Positions 23,659 through 37,400 of a stretch of DNA of 64,000 bases are shown in pieces (position 1 is the first letter of the stretch; each line of letters opens with the position of its first letter). Under the pieces are notes generated by a model, which worked only from the letters and a program-made list of their open reading frames with translations, was not told the origin of the DNA and made no database searches. Both the position numbers and the translations under genes were made by a program. This DNA comes from a virus: IMG/VR virus record IMGVR_UViG_3300029787_000024, positions 3,809 through 67,808 of that record; one strand, written 5' to 3'.

Positions 23659-24252
23659 TTACATTATTGTTGGGGTTGCTCTTAAATAACAAATAGCAGA
23701 CTCTGTGGTCCCAACACCAGTACAGTCTATCATAACATATTTCCACCTACCCTCTATTGAGGTACCTATTAACTGAGCTCCGTCATACATTAATGTTCCA
23801 TTTTCAGCAACAGTTCCATAATCACTTACTGTATTTTGAGCCCATGTGCCCAAATCTGGCAAATCTTGACCCACAAACCTTCTATCTGAAGGTGTTAACT
23901 TTAATAAATATGTTTCATTACCTATGAAATCAATTTTAACTATTTCAAACTTAGGATAAATATGAACATAATCATCTTGAACTAAATGAATTTTTGTTCC
24001 TTGATGAAAGCTAACATTTGACGCACTCACAGACTCAACTGTGCCTATTAATTCATTAGTCAAGCTTTTCATTAACTTGTCTCCAGGTGATATTAAAGTA
24101 TCAACAGCACCATTCAATCTCACAGTCTTTGTGCCAGCACCAGCGCTTACTACAGCCGCCTTTCTATTTATCCAGCCAGACAAATCTAAATGGTCTATAG
24201 TATTGTTTATAAAAACAGAGCCATCATAAATAGACGTTTTATTGGTAGCCAT
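23659..24252 (-). CDS. Virion fibre/spike-like protein, paralog of 22999..23643
   Basis: NKTSIYDG, PKFEI, IEGRWK, AICYL. Confidence 0.7.
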   Translation of the reverse strand: MATNKTSIYDGSVFINNTIDHLDLSGWINRKAAVVSAGAGTKTVRLNGAVDTLISPGDKLMKSLTNELIGTVESVSASNVSFHQGTKIHLVQDDYVHIYPKFEIVKIDFIGNETYLLKLTPSDRRFVGQDLPDLGTWAQNTVSDYGTVAENGTLMYDGAQLIGTSIEGRWKYVMIDCTGVGTTESAICYLRATPTIM

Positions 24253-24262
24253 ATTTTAATTT

Positions 24263-24463
24263 TTATCCTCTAGACAAAGACTTAGCACCTTTAGTTCTAA
24301 CGCTTCTTGCAGGTTTTCCTGTTTTTCTACCTTTTTCAGTTTCAGCGTATTTTTTCTTTGACATAGAGCCGATACTTTTAGTTCTAGATTTAGCTCGCCC
24401 TTTAGCGGCACCACCTTTACTTGGTTTTGATGTACGTTTAATTTGGTCTAATAAACTTCCCAT
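24263..24463 (-). CDS. Small basic protein
   Basis: K/R/S-rich; SKGG. Confidence 0.65.
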   Translation of the reverse strand: MGSLLDQIKRTSKPSKGGAAKGRAKSRTKSIGSMSKKKYAETEKGRKTGKPARSVRTKGAKSLSRG

Positions 24464-24482
24464 TATATTATATTTTTAATTA

Positions 24483-24908
24483 TTAATATGTTGTGTCCTC
24501 ATATATATGTAAGAACTCAATTTCTTGTGTTGCTCCTGCAGAAGCGCAAGTTATATTCACATCACTATTTCCATCATAAGGAAGCAATACAGCTGACCCT
24601 GGAGGAACATTTCCAATGCTTGTTGATGCATATAAAACTATACACTCTTCTCCTGCTGTTGTAGATAAATTTTTAATATATATAAATCCATTTTTATCAG
24701 CAGTAACATTATCAGCCTCAATGATTTTTGTTGCCCCAGTTTGTCCTGGTGAAAACCTTTGAACACCAGATGAAACATCTAGTCCATCTGCTTTAGAGCC
24801 TCTTTTATATAAAGTTGAATTACAAGTTACATTTATAGCAGCGCTAGACAAGTCAGAACTTGTTATAGTTATTGTAGCTTTTGTTGTTGGTGTTGATTTA
24901 AATGCCAT
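24483..24908 (-). CDS. Structural beta-protein, paralog of 24927..25412
   Basis: STPTTKATITIT, GFIYIKN. Confidence 0.7.
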   Translation of the reverse strand: MAFKSTPTTKATITITSSDLSSAAINVTCNSTLYKRGSKADGLDVSSGVQRFSPGQTGATKIIEADNVTADKNGFIYIKNLSTTAGEECIVLYASTSIGNVPPGSAVLLPYDGNSDVNITCASAGATQEIEFLHIYEDTTY

Positions 24909-24926
24909 TTTATTTTTTTTTAATTA

Positions 24927-25412
24927 TTATAATTCTTGTCCTGGTATATATGCTGCATCAGCACCTTCATATATTATCATATACTCTAATGGCCAAGTAT
25001 CGTCATCTGAATGAACGGTTATATCAGCCCCATCATGAAGTGTTACGGGCATAAATATAAAATCACCTTCATATAATTCACATAACAACGCCCCACTTAC
25101 ATTAGTTTCGTAAACAGAAAATTTTCTAGTTCCTTTAGTTGTTGTATTAGGGTTTTTAATATAAAGATATCCTCTACCTCTAGTTGTAGCACCACTTGCT
25201 GCAGAATAAGATGAAGTATCAAATACTAAAATACCAGCATTACTATTATCTGTACCATTAGCTCTTTTTAAACCAGTAGTTCTTGTACATCCTAATCTAT
25301 GCGCCACATCATGCATGTCCATAGAAGTAGTTATAGATGCGTCAGAAGACGACATCCCTGTTGTAGTTAAAGTCAAAGTAGCTTTAGCAGTAGGTGTTGT
25401 TGAATATGCCAT
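24927..25412 (-). CDS. Structural beta-protein, paralog of 24483..24908
   Basis: TTPTAKATLTLT, GYLYIKN. Confidence 0.7.
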   Translation of the reverse strand: MAYSTTPTAKATLTLTTTGMSSSDASITTSMDMHDVAHRLGCTRTTGLKRANGTDNSNAGILVFDTSSYSAASGATTRGRGYLYIKNPNTTTKGTRKFSVYETNVSGALLCELYEGDFIFMPVTLHDGADITVHSDDDTWPLEYMIIYEGADAAYIPGQEL

Positions 25413-25435
25413 TATAAATCGGTTTTATTATTATA

Positions 25436-25443
25436 CAAATATA
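25436..25443 (-). promoter_or_regulatory. Bacteroidota -7 element TATATTTG
   Basis: Intergenic, upstream of ATG 25412. Confidence 0.6.
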
Positions 25444-25471
25444 CTAAATTTTATTATATCAATTTTTGCCA

Positions 25472-28400
25472 CTACCTCTCAAATGATTTCCTAATTGGTT
25501 TAGGGAATAATTTAGGCAAAGTACCCATAGCCTTACTAGTTCCTTTCTTAAAATATTTAGTGTCTCTTTGGTATTCTGAGCCAGATATTATATATTTTAA
25601 TCCATTAAGAACATTAAGACCTGTATCTAAAGCAGGAACACTCATTAAGTATTGCCATTTATCTATGTTCATCATTAAATTCATATCCCAGAATAAATCT
25701 TTTAACTCTCCAATAGTTCCACTTTCATCATCATCATCACTAAATCCGCCTATCATTGATATCAATCCTAAAACAAATATCATACCATAAGTTCCTCTAG
25801 CCGCTTTTGCTATAGCTTCTTGTCTATGCTTAGGAAGGTCTTTAAACTTACCTTTCCATTTTCTTACATCAAAATCTTTATCTCTAACAATATCTCTAAC
25901 AAAAGAAATGGTAGCTCTAGTAGAACCCACATGCCCTCTATTAAATCTATCTATTTTTTCTCCTCCCCATCTGTCCCATATAAATGTAGGTAACCATCTT
26001 TTAAATTGAAGAAGGGTATTAACAAAACTATAAGTTTGTATTAACCTTTGGTCTAAAGCAGTATAACCTCTACCTTGTACAGCATATACATCTGATTTAT
26101 ATCTATCAGCATTTTTAGTTAATTGTTCATATACAGCAGAATCTATTACCTCTACCTCTCCATTCTTATTAATAGTAAATGAATTCCATTCTTCTTGAGT
26201 TAACTGACCAACAAAACCAACTCTTTGTATCCATTTCTCAGACACAGACATTGGTGCAAACATAATTTTACCAAACCCACCATCAAACAAACCTTCTGAT
26301 AATTGTTCTGTGGCATCTGTAATAATTCCAAACTCTATAGCTATAGCTGTAGCTTTTTTTCTAGACTCATTACTATAAATACCATTTTGACCAATTCCCC
26401 AGAATCTAGACTCACCTCTTCCCCACTCTTTAATACCACCTCTTCTAAATGTATTGTATTTACCTATAGCTATATTACCAACAGCAGCGGTAATATTAAA
26501 ACCTAAACCAACAAACATAGTCCATTTCTGTAAGTTATCAGCTATCTTATCAGCCCATATTCTTTTTCCATCTTTAGTAAAAATAGATTTTCTTGCAGTT
26601 TTTTGAAGAACATACCTATCTCTTAATAAATCTTTTATCCATCTTTGCGCAAAAGGGTTTCCTCTAAAAGAAGTATAAGATATAGCGCCATCAATTAAAG
26701 GAAGTTTTTCCATCATACCTCTAAAGCTAAATCCAGATTGCGTGTTTAACCCATGCGCCCACATAGTTTTATTAACATATTTTGTTAAGTTATTATGTAT
26801 ATCAGATGAAGCCGAAAACTCTGCAGACGAAGAACGTGATGCTAAATTTCTATCAAAACTATGAGCATCACTTACATTAACAATATCTTCTATTAATATA
26901 ATTGGGTTTCCTAAGGCATCTTTACCCCCCTTAACATATCTATTAGCTTGATTAAAAAGAGCTTTAAGTTGTCTTTTAGACTTCATATCTTTTACGCCTT
27001 TTCCTTTATCCATTTGTTGTAATTTATAGTACTCAACAAATTGACCCAAAGGAGCAGTCACTGTAACACCATCCATTTCTCCTACAACAGCAATATCTCT
27101 AAGCTTAGAATCATAGTTATGGCCTATAAAAGCGGCTGTCATATTTCTATTAATCATCATTTCAAATTTACCCGCAGCCATATTAGGTATATACCTTGAG
27201 CCTCTACCATCCTCTAATAAAGGCCTTCCATTTGGCCCTGTTTTTTGAGAAAGATGATTTTCAAACATTCCAGTTGTCTCAACATACATTCTTAAATAAT
27301 TTATTTCAGCTTCTGTAAGGTTAGCATTTTTTACTTTAGCATCACTAATTGTTCCATCAGTATTCATAAAATTCTTAAACCTCAACACTCTTTCATATTT
27401 ACCAGTTTGCGAATTAACAACTTCATGGTCTTCTACTAAATTCTTAAAAAGAAATTTATTATATAAAAATCTACCATAAGGAACATATGTATGTATGGCT
27501 TTATGCACAAACCAAGGAACAAACTTAAACCAATTTAATCTACTCTTAAGAAGCTTATTATAAGCCTTGTCCATTTTCCTTCTTATTCTCCTATTTTCTT
27601 TATAATAATGCATCTCTGACTTATTCAGCTCATTAAGTATAAAAGAAATCTCCCCTCTTTCAGAAGAAGATATATTAGAATCTAACCACATTTGCGCCCA
27701 GCTTATATCTTTAGTTCCAAGAGGATGGCCTTTCTCTAACTTTTCTTGCATGTCCACTAAAGCATCTACTTGTTGTTGAGAAAATCCTTGGTCCTTTACA
27801 GCTTTAATAACATCTTTTATATTAGATAAGTGCATCTTAGCACCTAAAGCTCTATTCATCTTTTCTCTTATGTTAGCCGCAGCAATAGGGTCTAAGTTGT
27901 TTATTTCATTTTTTAATATAGATAACATATCATCTATACCAATTTCCGTGTCTTCAATAACACTAATACCATTTTCATCTCTAGAAAAATAAGTCTGTTC
28001 TAACTTAGCTACCTTATGTATATCCTCCTGATATCTTTGATATTGTTCTTCTACTTTTTTATAAGCTTTTGGGTTTTGTTTTTTTAATGCATCTAAGTCT
28101 ACATGAGTTCCATATGAATTTACATATTCTTGGAAATCCCTATTAGTATTATTTCTTTGGTGAAAGATTTCATCATTTGTTAAATACTTTTCTTCATTAA
28201 CAAACATACCATCTGTATCTTTCATTTCCTTTCCATCTATAGTAGCTAATGTTTTATGAGTAACGTTTCTTTTTCTTTGAGGGAATACCTCATCAGTAGT
28301 TATATTAGACTCCTTAGACTCTATATTCATATCTCTTTCTACAACATCTATTCTAGAAGGCATTCTTTTGTCTCTAGTAAACGAAGATGCTATAGGTGTT

Positions 28401-31400
28401 AAAGTAACTTTACCCTCTGTAGAGATATTAGCCTTATATAAAAGAGTTACGTTTTGTTTTTGAGAAGACTTTTTAATTTTAGACTTAGCGTCAACAGAAT
28501 AAATTTCATTATTTATAAATAAATTTCCTCCTTCTAAATTATAATTATCATTTCTTACAATATTATTTCCCTCTACACTATAAGAAGCGTCTATAAAAAC
28601 TTTCTTATTTATATTTTTATTATTAACAAGAATGTGGTCAGCTACTTTATCTGCAAATTCAGCAGTAATTTTACCTTTACGAGACTCTTGCCCTTTTGAT
28701 TTGATAAGCTGACTCTTTGTTACGTTACTAACTTTAGCAGCAGAACCTCCTAAATAAGGAAGTAAAGCTGTAGGCCCAGTATGCTGATTAGATATAAGGT
28801 CATAAGCAAGTAAAAAATCTTTTACTCTTGCGGGTAATTTTTCAAATGCTTTTCTAGCAGACTCTGGATTACTAACCCCTCTATCGTTAATCTTAATAGT
28901 TGTATTGTTTTTTAAGTCCCCTGCAATTATACCTTGAGCAAACACTCCATCTGCCGTCATAGATACCTTTGTTGTGTTTCCAGTGCTTTCTAAATACCTA
29001 CCCCTTCCAATATTTTCTGTTATCTCTAATTGCTCTATAGTGCAATAATTATTTATAAAAGAATATACCCCATTCATATCGCCTTTAGATAACATATCAA
29101 TATGATTAAGACCAAGGTTTAAAATTCTTTCAAAACTTGTATTAGGATTATTTAATTCCTCTAACACCCTTTCATTTTTAGAATAATAATCCCCAAATAC
29201 ATTAGTTAAACTAAAATTATATATACCGCTTTGAGCTAATCTAATAGAACGAACAGTATTTTCCATTCCAATTATATCTTTAGAGTTTAGATTTCTAAAA
29301 TCAGAAGCATTAACAGCTAATACTCTTCTCATTACAGAACGCCAATCACCAGCATAAGCTGGGTCTGAGTTTATTGTCTCTGCTTGTTTTAATAAGATGT
29401 TAAAATTCTTTTGTAATATAGGATGCTTAAGGTTTATGGATTCAGATATAGTTTTCATGTCTCCATTTTTTAACGCTAACAATAAACCATCTACCTGACT
29501 TTGTGTTAAAGTTTTACTAAATAATCTATGAGAAGACATTACATTATCTCTATGAATGTGAGAAAGTTGAATTACTTTTCTAATTAAATCTGCAACACCT
29601 AAACCAGTTTCAGGAAGCGAGCTATCTAAATTAGCTAAAGCCCCAAGAGTATTTGTATTATCTCTTAATGAAGAATTATTTAATTTAACAATCAACTGAA
29701 GCATTCCAATTTTTGAAGACTCATTATTTAAGTTATTTAAATCTATACTTCTATCAGGTATTTGCCAAAAAGGAATATCTGTTATTTCATTAAGAAGGCT
29801 TTGCACAATATCAAACGTGGATGACTCAGGAGAATTTTGGTATTGCTCAACAAAATCTTTTGCTATATCAGAGTTCATAAGAACGGCTACATTATCAAAA
29901 GACATTCCTCTAGCAAGAAGTTGAGACCACATATTAAAGGTTTGGGTATTCATATTTAACTCACTTGCATTACCTTTATTAGCGTCGTCTAAAAAGATGT
30001 TTAACATATAAGCTAAATTAAATCCTCTACCCTTATTACCTAAATAGTTATTATCTAATTTATTATTTTTTAACCCAGCGTTTTTAATGTCACCCCTAAA
30101 CATAGCTTTTCCTGTTACACTTAATTCATATGAACTAAGAACCTTGTATAACGTATTAAATAGGGCAGCCCTACCTATATTTTTTTGACCCTCTCTATTT
30201 GAACGAAACTTTTTATTATCATTAATAATACTTAAATCATTTATGTCTGACTCAGTATATTTAATTTTTTTAGACTCTATCTTATTTTTAGCTTTTTTAA
30301 CTACCGCATCAAAGCCTATAGACTTTATCATAAACTCATGATACTTTTCACTTAACATAAGATTAGTGGTTGCATCAAAAGCTTTATTATATTTATTTTG
30401 AGAATCAGTTAATTTTTGTTTAATAGTTTTGTCACCTTTTTTAGATATTTCTTGATGCTTAGATATCACATGTAAAGCGTCTCCATCTAAATCAGAACCA
30501 ATTAAATCAGAAATTTCAGAAGGAATCATAACCATACTTCCAGAACCTTTTATAATTTGAGTGACCTCACCAACTACAGCGTCCCCTAGCTTAGAGGCAG
30601 GGACTCTTTGTAATATAACCTTCTCACCTATTTTAAGACCCATTCCTTCATGAACTGCTACTTGAGCAGCTTTATAATTCTTACCATCTTTTTTATATCC
30701 CCTTAAGCCTAACTTATCATTAGTAGATATATTATCAAGGCTAACTTTAGTACCTACACCAAAATCAGTAGATTGATAAGTTACGCCCCCTTTACCTCTC
30801 ATTCTTAAAGCTTTCTTTTTTAAGATAGAATTAGCGAGTCTTCTTCTTAAATCAACGGAGCCATTATCAAAACTACCTGTAGCTAATAAATCTATAGCAG
30901 CTTGAGAAAACACATTAGTATCTGCACTCTTTGCTAGCTTCTCAGAAACTTTCTTTATTTTATCTGCTGTTACCTCTCCAGATATAAAGTTTTCTGCTAA
31001 TATACTTTCTACTTGAGACTTAAAAGCGTCAACCCAAAGTTGTTGTACATTGTTAGAATTTTTTATGTCAGCAGGTATAGAGTTTAAATGAAACAATATT
31101 TGCTTAGCAATAGTTGATGATGAGGATTTTTTATCTAACTCTGTTTGTATACCAAAGAAAGAACCATCTAATCCATATATATCATTATCTTTCCACATAC
31201 CATTTTGATGGTCATTTAACAAAACACTTCCATCTTCATTAGTCTTATTAAGTCTAGATAAATCATTTACATTTAAAAGATTGTTTTTTATACCTGGACT
31301 TTGATTTTTTATAGAAGAACTAAACATTACTACAGGCATAACATTATTAGGAGTTGCTCTATCTCTAATATCTAAAGAGTCTCTAACGCTTTTAAAATTA

Positions 31401-34400
31401 GGGTTCTTTAATATAAAATTATCTGTAAGAACAAAGACATTAGTTTTTCCATAGAAAGGAAATCTTTCACCAGCTTTATTTGAAAATGTTTTATTGTCTA
31501 AATTTTGTCCATTATAAACAAACTTGTAATGGTCTCCTACTTTTCTTAATCCTCCATATTTATTTTTAACCATCTTTCTTGCCATAGACTCTGTAATAAA
31601 AGAACAAGCATCTGTTTTATTAACACCATCTACTTTAACATCTTTTAACATTATAGGTTCTATTCTTGAATTAGAATCCCACTGAACGTGCATAGCTACA
31701 GAACCAGCGCTTCTTTTAATATAATCATTAGGGCCTTTAAAATGTTTAGCTGGTCCAATTAAGAGGTCTTTGGCATGATATTTGTTTATAGCATAGTTTA
31801 AAACTATTTGTCCTAAAAATCTATTATAAGCAGTTTTATCGCCTTTCATTTTCTTTTGAATAGACTTACTTATTAATTCTTTAGGCTGAGACCTAATAAA
31901 CTTATCAAGACTTTGTATTTCTTTTTTAAGTTTGTTTCCTTGTTTATCATACAAATCAAAAACAGGAATATCTCCTTCCAAAAACTTATCTCCTTTTTTA
32001 TGAATCTCTTCAGCCTTAGCCCAAGCTTCTGAAGGGCTTAATAAATCTGCATTATTAATTCTTAAATGAAGACTTTTATCTGAGAATATAGAAATGTTCT
32101 GACTATACGTAGAGCTTTTACCAGAGATGGCCTCTGCTAATAAAGACACATCCATCATTGTTCTTTGATTAGAAGTTTCGCTTCCAGAATTATAAGCTGA
32201 ATTATTAACAAGACCTCCTATCATTTGCACCACCTCTACTCTTTCTCCATTTTTAATTTTTTGAAACAATGCGTTATCACCAAACACCCCTTCTAGCTCA
32301 ATCATTTCAGCTGGAGTTAAGTTATCAAGCTTGTTCATTAATATATCTATCTGATGTTTTTTAGATATAAGATTAGTCTTTTCTCCATTAGGCATGGTTA
32401 CTTGCGTTAAAAACTCTCCCTTAGCAATTCTTTCTGCTAAAGCGATAGATAGTTTTTTTATAATACCAAACTCTCTAATTTGATGAGATATTCTAGGAGT
32501 AGGCTTTCCTTGCTTTAAATACATAGGGTTAAACTCTATATTATTAGAATTAACATTAAGATTTATTCTAGGTCTAGTATCTTTAATTCCTTTATAAGTA
32601 CTATTATCAACAGAGTATTCAACTAACTCTTTTAGATTATTCATTTCATCTGTACTAAAGTTTTCTTGTACATCTCTTGTTTTAGACCACTTTTGAAATG
32701 AATTTAATATAGCTTTCTTACCAATACTTTCTGGGTTTTTTCCATTAAAAATAAATATACCCGTGTCTCTAATTAATTGATGAGTAGCGCTATTCTTATC
32801 TTTCTCCATGATAACATTACCTTTATCATCTTTCATCTCCTTACCGTTCTTATCTAGCTTAGGAATATCTTGTGGTATAAAACTATCAATTAACTCTCCC
32901 TTTTCTAGCTCTTGAGGACTAATAGAATCTTTATAATTAGCAGGAACTATATTATGATATAAGAATTCAGCAACAGCTCTTCTTTTTTCTATTAAAGATA
33001 AGTTATCATTATTTACTATTTTATATAAACCACCTACATTAGATAAGAATCTAAGTTTAGAAATTTCTTTTGCATCAAAAGACTTGTCTTGATTAACTCT
33101 GGTTGGTGAAGATATTGTCATATCATTCTTCATTCTAAGACGAATGTTTTTTTCCATACCTACTTGCTTACCACTTCTATGAGGACTTATCATAGGCTTA
33201 CCATCTCTATAATCTAACTTATAAAAATCTATATTTTTAAAAGCATTTAATTCGTGATACATGTCATTAATAACATTATCCATTAAATCAATTGATGAAC
33301 CTTTATACTTACTGGCTATATATGACTCAGCTAAATAATTAGCAAACCTTGCTAGCATAGCATTTTCAGTTGGTTGAAGATTGTTTTCTTTAAGGTTAAT
33401 TAAAGATTGCTCTACTTTAAGTTTAAATTCTTCAAGGGTAGCACTTTCCCAAGCAGCATTATAAAGTATTCTTCTTACTGCATTTCTTCCTAATTTTTTA
33501 TCCCTATCTTCTTTACCTTTTTTAGAATGAAGCGTCCCAAGATTTTCCATGCTAGTATATTCATTTATAGCAGCAGATAAAGTCTCGCCCTCTCCACTTC
33601 TTTTATCTTCCATATAAGCATCCATAGTTCCAACCTCCAATTCTTCTTCAAGTAAGTTTTGACCATCTTCTGAAAACACATCTGTACTCACAAGTGATTG
33701 AGATAGTAAAGCCTCATTTAATATACGATTCCAATTCTCTTCTATATAATCAATTGCTAACTGTTCTCTTTCGTTTTCAAAGTAAGAAATTAATGAGTTA
33801 TTTAAAATTTCTTTATTTTCTATTATAAAAGCTTTTAACTTCTTTTTTCCAGCAGGAGTGATTTGACCATTTTCATAATAAGGATACTCCATCATTTCTT
33901 CTGTAAATACCTCGTCTTTTAAAAGGTTAATTTCATCATCAATTCTTCTGTTTACTTTTTCCTTTATTAAAGGAGACCTATCTCTTTGTTGAAAACTCTC
34001 AGAACTTCTTTTATTTACTCTAACTTTTCTTAGTGTATAATAATGCCCTTCTTTATTTTTATAATCTTTAACAACAGCTTCTAATGCTTTATCAAATTGT
34101 TGGGCAAGATTTTCGTTTCCTGTTTTTTCTAAAATTTCTTTAGCCTCTTTTCTTGTAAACATGTTTTTTATAAAGTCCCAAAATCTTCTTATAATATTTT
34201 TAGCCTCATTTCTTGTCTCTTGATTTTTAGAAATCTTTTTATCTAAAGCTTTTTCATCTAATTTTTTACCTAAAAGGTCAGCAAGAGTTTCTTCTAACAC
34301 ATATCTTTGTTGACTTGGAGGTAATTCTTTATAACCTTTAAGAGCCCTTTTAGAAGCATCAATGTATTGACTAATAGTTTTGTTTGTATTTTGAGGTCTT

Positions 34401-37400
34401 TTTTTCCACTCAGACCAAGTAACAATAGAATTTTGTGTTTTTAATAATTGAGCAAAAGTAAATACCTCTCCTTTTTTATTTTTAAATAAAATCATATCAG
34501 GATAAGCCTCTCTTGTATTTTCATACGCAGGATTAACAAACTTTCCATTTTTATCTTTTTGTACAATAAAATTTCTAAGAGCTTTTACAACAGGTGAGTT
34601 CCAAAATTCTCCTAAATATATGTGAGAGCCTTCGTGAAATATAGTTTCTTGATTAGCACTACCCACATCTATAAACATACTTAAACCATGAGTAAGCCCT
34701 AATGTTCTAAGACCTTCTTCACTCATCATTAACTTATCTATAAATGTTATATTAACACCCTTCTTTATCATTTTATCTCTCCAAGCTTTTTCAAAAGCAA
34801 TATGTCTTTTAGTATAATAAGGAGAAGTAGCAGATTGTTTGTTTACTTTTTTTCTTTGTAGTAAATCTTTTAGGCTAGTTTTTTTATCTTTAAATTGAGC
34901 TTCAGTTGTTGTTAACTGGCTTCTTTCTAGTTTTAATCTATTTAAGGTATTTATTTCTGATTTAAATAAAGCGCCTTGTTCTTTACTCTTTTTTTCTATT
35001 GCCGCAATTCTCTCATCTATTTCTTTAATTCTATTTTTCTTTTGTTCAGCAACTTTTTCAAAAACAGTCTTTTCTTTTTCTATTGTTTCTTTCTCTATGT
35101 TTCTTTTATTTGTTGAAGAATCAACTGACTTCTCTGCATGATTCATACTAACATCATTTTGTAGAGCAGCCTTTTGTTTAGAAAGCTTTAGAATTTTATC
35201 TTTAATCTTTTGTTTTTTACCCTCATTCTTTTCTTTATTTAATTGAATGGCTAAATTATCTATTTCTTTTTGTACATTATCAGCTTGTTGCTTACCAGAA
35301 GTTGGTAGTTGCGCTGTCTTGCCTTTAGCTATATTTTCTGCACCTTTTTTAGTAGATATATTAGAAACTTCAATAGTTCCATCTGGAGACACTATATTAT
35401 ATTTTCCACTTTTATTTTTTACAACTCTATACTTATAATGATTCTTAGGTCGAGTTTTGTTTTTAATTATATTATTAACCTCCCTCGCAGAAAGTTTTTT
35501 CATTTGAGAACTAGTATACCCAAGCTTCTTTAATTGACTTGCCTTCTTGCCTCTTATTTTCTTTTTTTGAGATTCTTTTTGTTTTATATTAATAGGAGTA
35601 CTATCTTCTTTCTTTTTTATAACATCATCTCTTTTTTTCTTATTCTTATTTTTAATTTCTTTTAGTTGATTTTCATGAAACTTTTTAGAGTCTGAATATA
35701 ATTGAGGAATTATTTTTTCATAATTTGTTATAGTTTCTTGAAAAGACTTTTCTTGCATAGAAAATTCTTTATTTATAAAATCTATTTGTTGCTTTCTAAG
35801 CTTAGGGTCTTTTATAGTTTCTTTAACTTTATCTATTTGAGCTTGTTTGTTTGCAACAGTTTCATTTAACATTCTTTGAGTTGCGTCTTTATAATAAGCA
35901 ACTTCTGCTAATTGTTTTCTAGCCTGAGGTGTTAATTGTTTAAGAGACTCATTGTCAAACTTAGAAAACGTTTCGTTCATTTCAGTTAAAGTCTCTTTAT
36001 ACTGTTGACCTTGCTCCTTAGTAATTTGACCTTGCTTAACCATTATATCTATTCTACCACCTTCTCCTATAGCAGTCTCAACTTCTCTTTCAGCAACCAC
36101 ACCAAGCAAAAAGTTTTCTTTAGCAATCTCATTTTGAATTATTTTCTTTTGCTCTGGAGTCCAATCTTTTCCAATAATACCTTTTTCTTTTGCTATTGCT
36201 GCTTCTTTAGCAAAAAGTAAATTATAATTATTGCCATCCGTCATTCCAGAGGCATTAATTTTTTCATCTAAAATAGAACTTCTTAATGCCATAGCATTAA
36301 TTGTGTCTTTAAATGCACCACCTACAGTACCTGCAATACCTGGACCTAATGCCATAGCTGAAGATATAAGCCTAGTTTCTGCCGCTTCTGGGCTATTAAA
36401 GTAATCCCAAAACCCACCTTGTTGTTTAAATATTTGCAATGATTGACCAAAATTTCCTCCTGAAAAATCAACTATATTACCATCTTTATCTTTACCTTCA
36501 AACTTTGTACCAAGGGCGTTATGAGCATTTTTTGAAACAGACCAATCTTGATAAGTTTCTTGAACTTGCTCCAGATAAGCATCTGTTACTGTTATACCAC
36601 TACTTATAGTAAAATTAGTAACTGCTGGAAGAAAACTTCCCGCAGAATTAACTTTTAATTTTGCACCAACACCTCCAACAAACTTAGACATAACCATCCA
36701 TTTCATAGCATCTACATACATATATTCCATGTTATTAGCCATAGTATATAATGAAGCACTTGCTGCTTGAGCAGTTGTTCCCCCTGCATCTAAAACTTTT
36801 CTATTAGCTTCACCAGCAAGCATTACACCTTCTAGTAAATTAATACCAACAGCGGCTCCACCAACAGCAGCAACGTCTTTTGCGGCCCAATAAGCTTGAG
36901 GCATCTTTCCAATACCCTTATGTCCAAAAAATTTAAACGCAGGATTAAGAACGTTCTTAGAAAGATTAGTGGTCATGTTTATAGGGGTAAGCATATTTTT
37001 CGCTCCCCAGCTAGTACTAGCAACTCTTGTTCTAGCAAGGTTACTTATTTTTGTACCTGCAAAATAAAAACCAATTAAATTAGGAATCATTTTTCCAAAT
37101 TTAGTATACCAAAATTGAGGCTTAAGCATTTGATTATAGTTCAACGTAAAGTTACCCTTTTCGTCATAAAAAAAGTTTTTTTCCAATTCATCATCTAAAT
37201 CAATCATATCATCCCATGTTCCATACCAATCTCCAGCTTCATTCAATACATCAGTAATTGGGTCTAATACACTAATACCAAGAACAGCTTCAGTTAAAAC
37301 ATCTATACCAATAGGTCCGCTTGCAGACCTTCTATTTATATCTTCTCTTTTTTGTTCACCCCATTCTGAGCCCATAAAAGCCTCCCCACCATAAGACATA

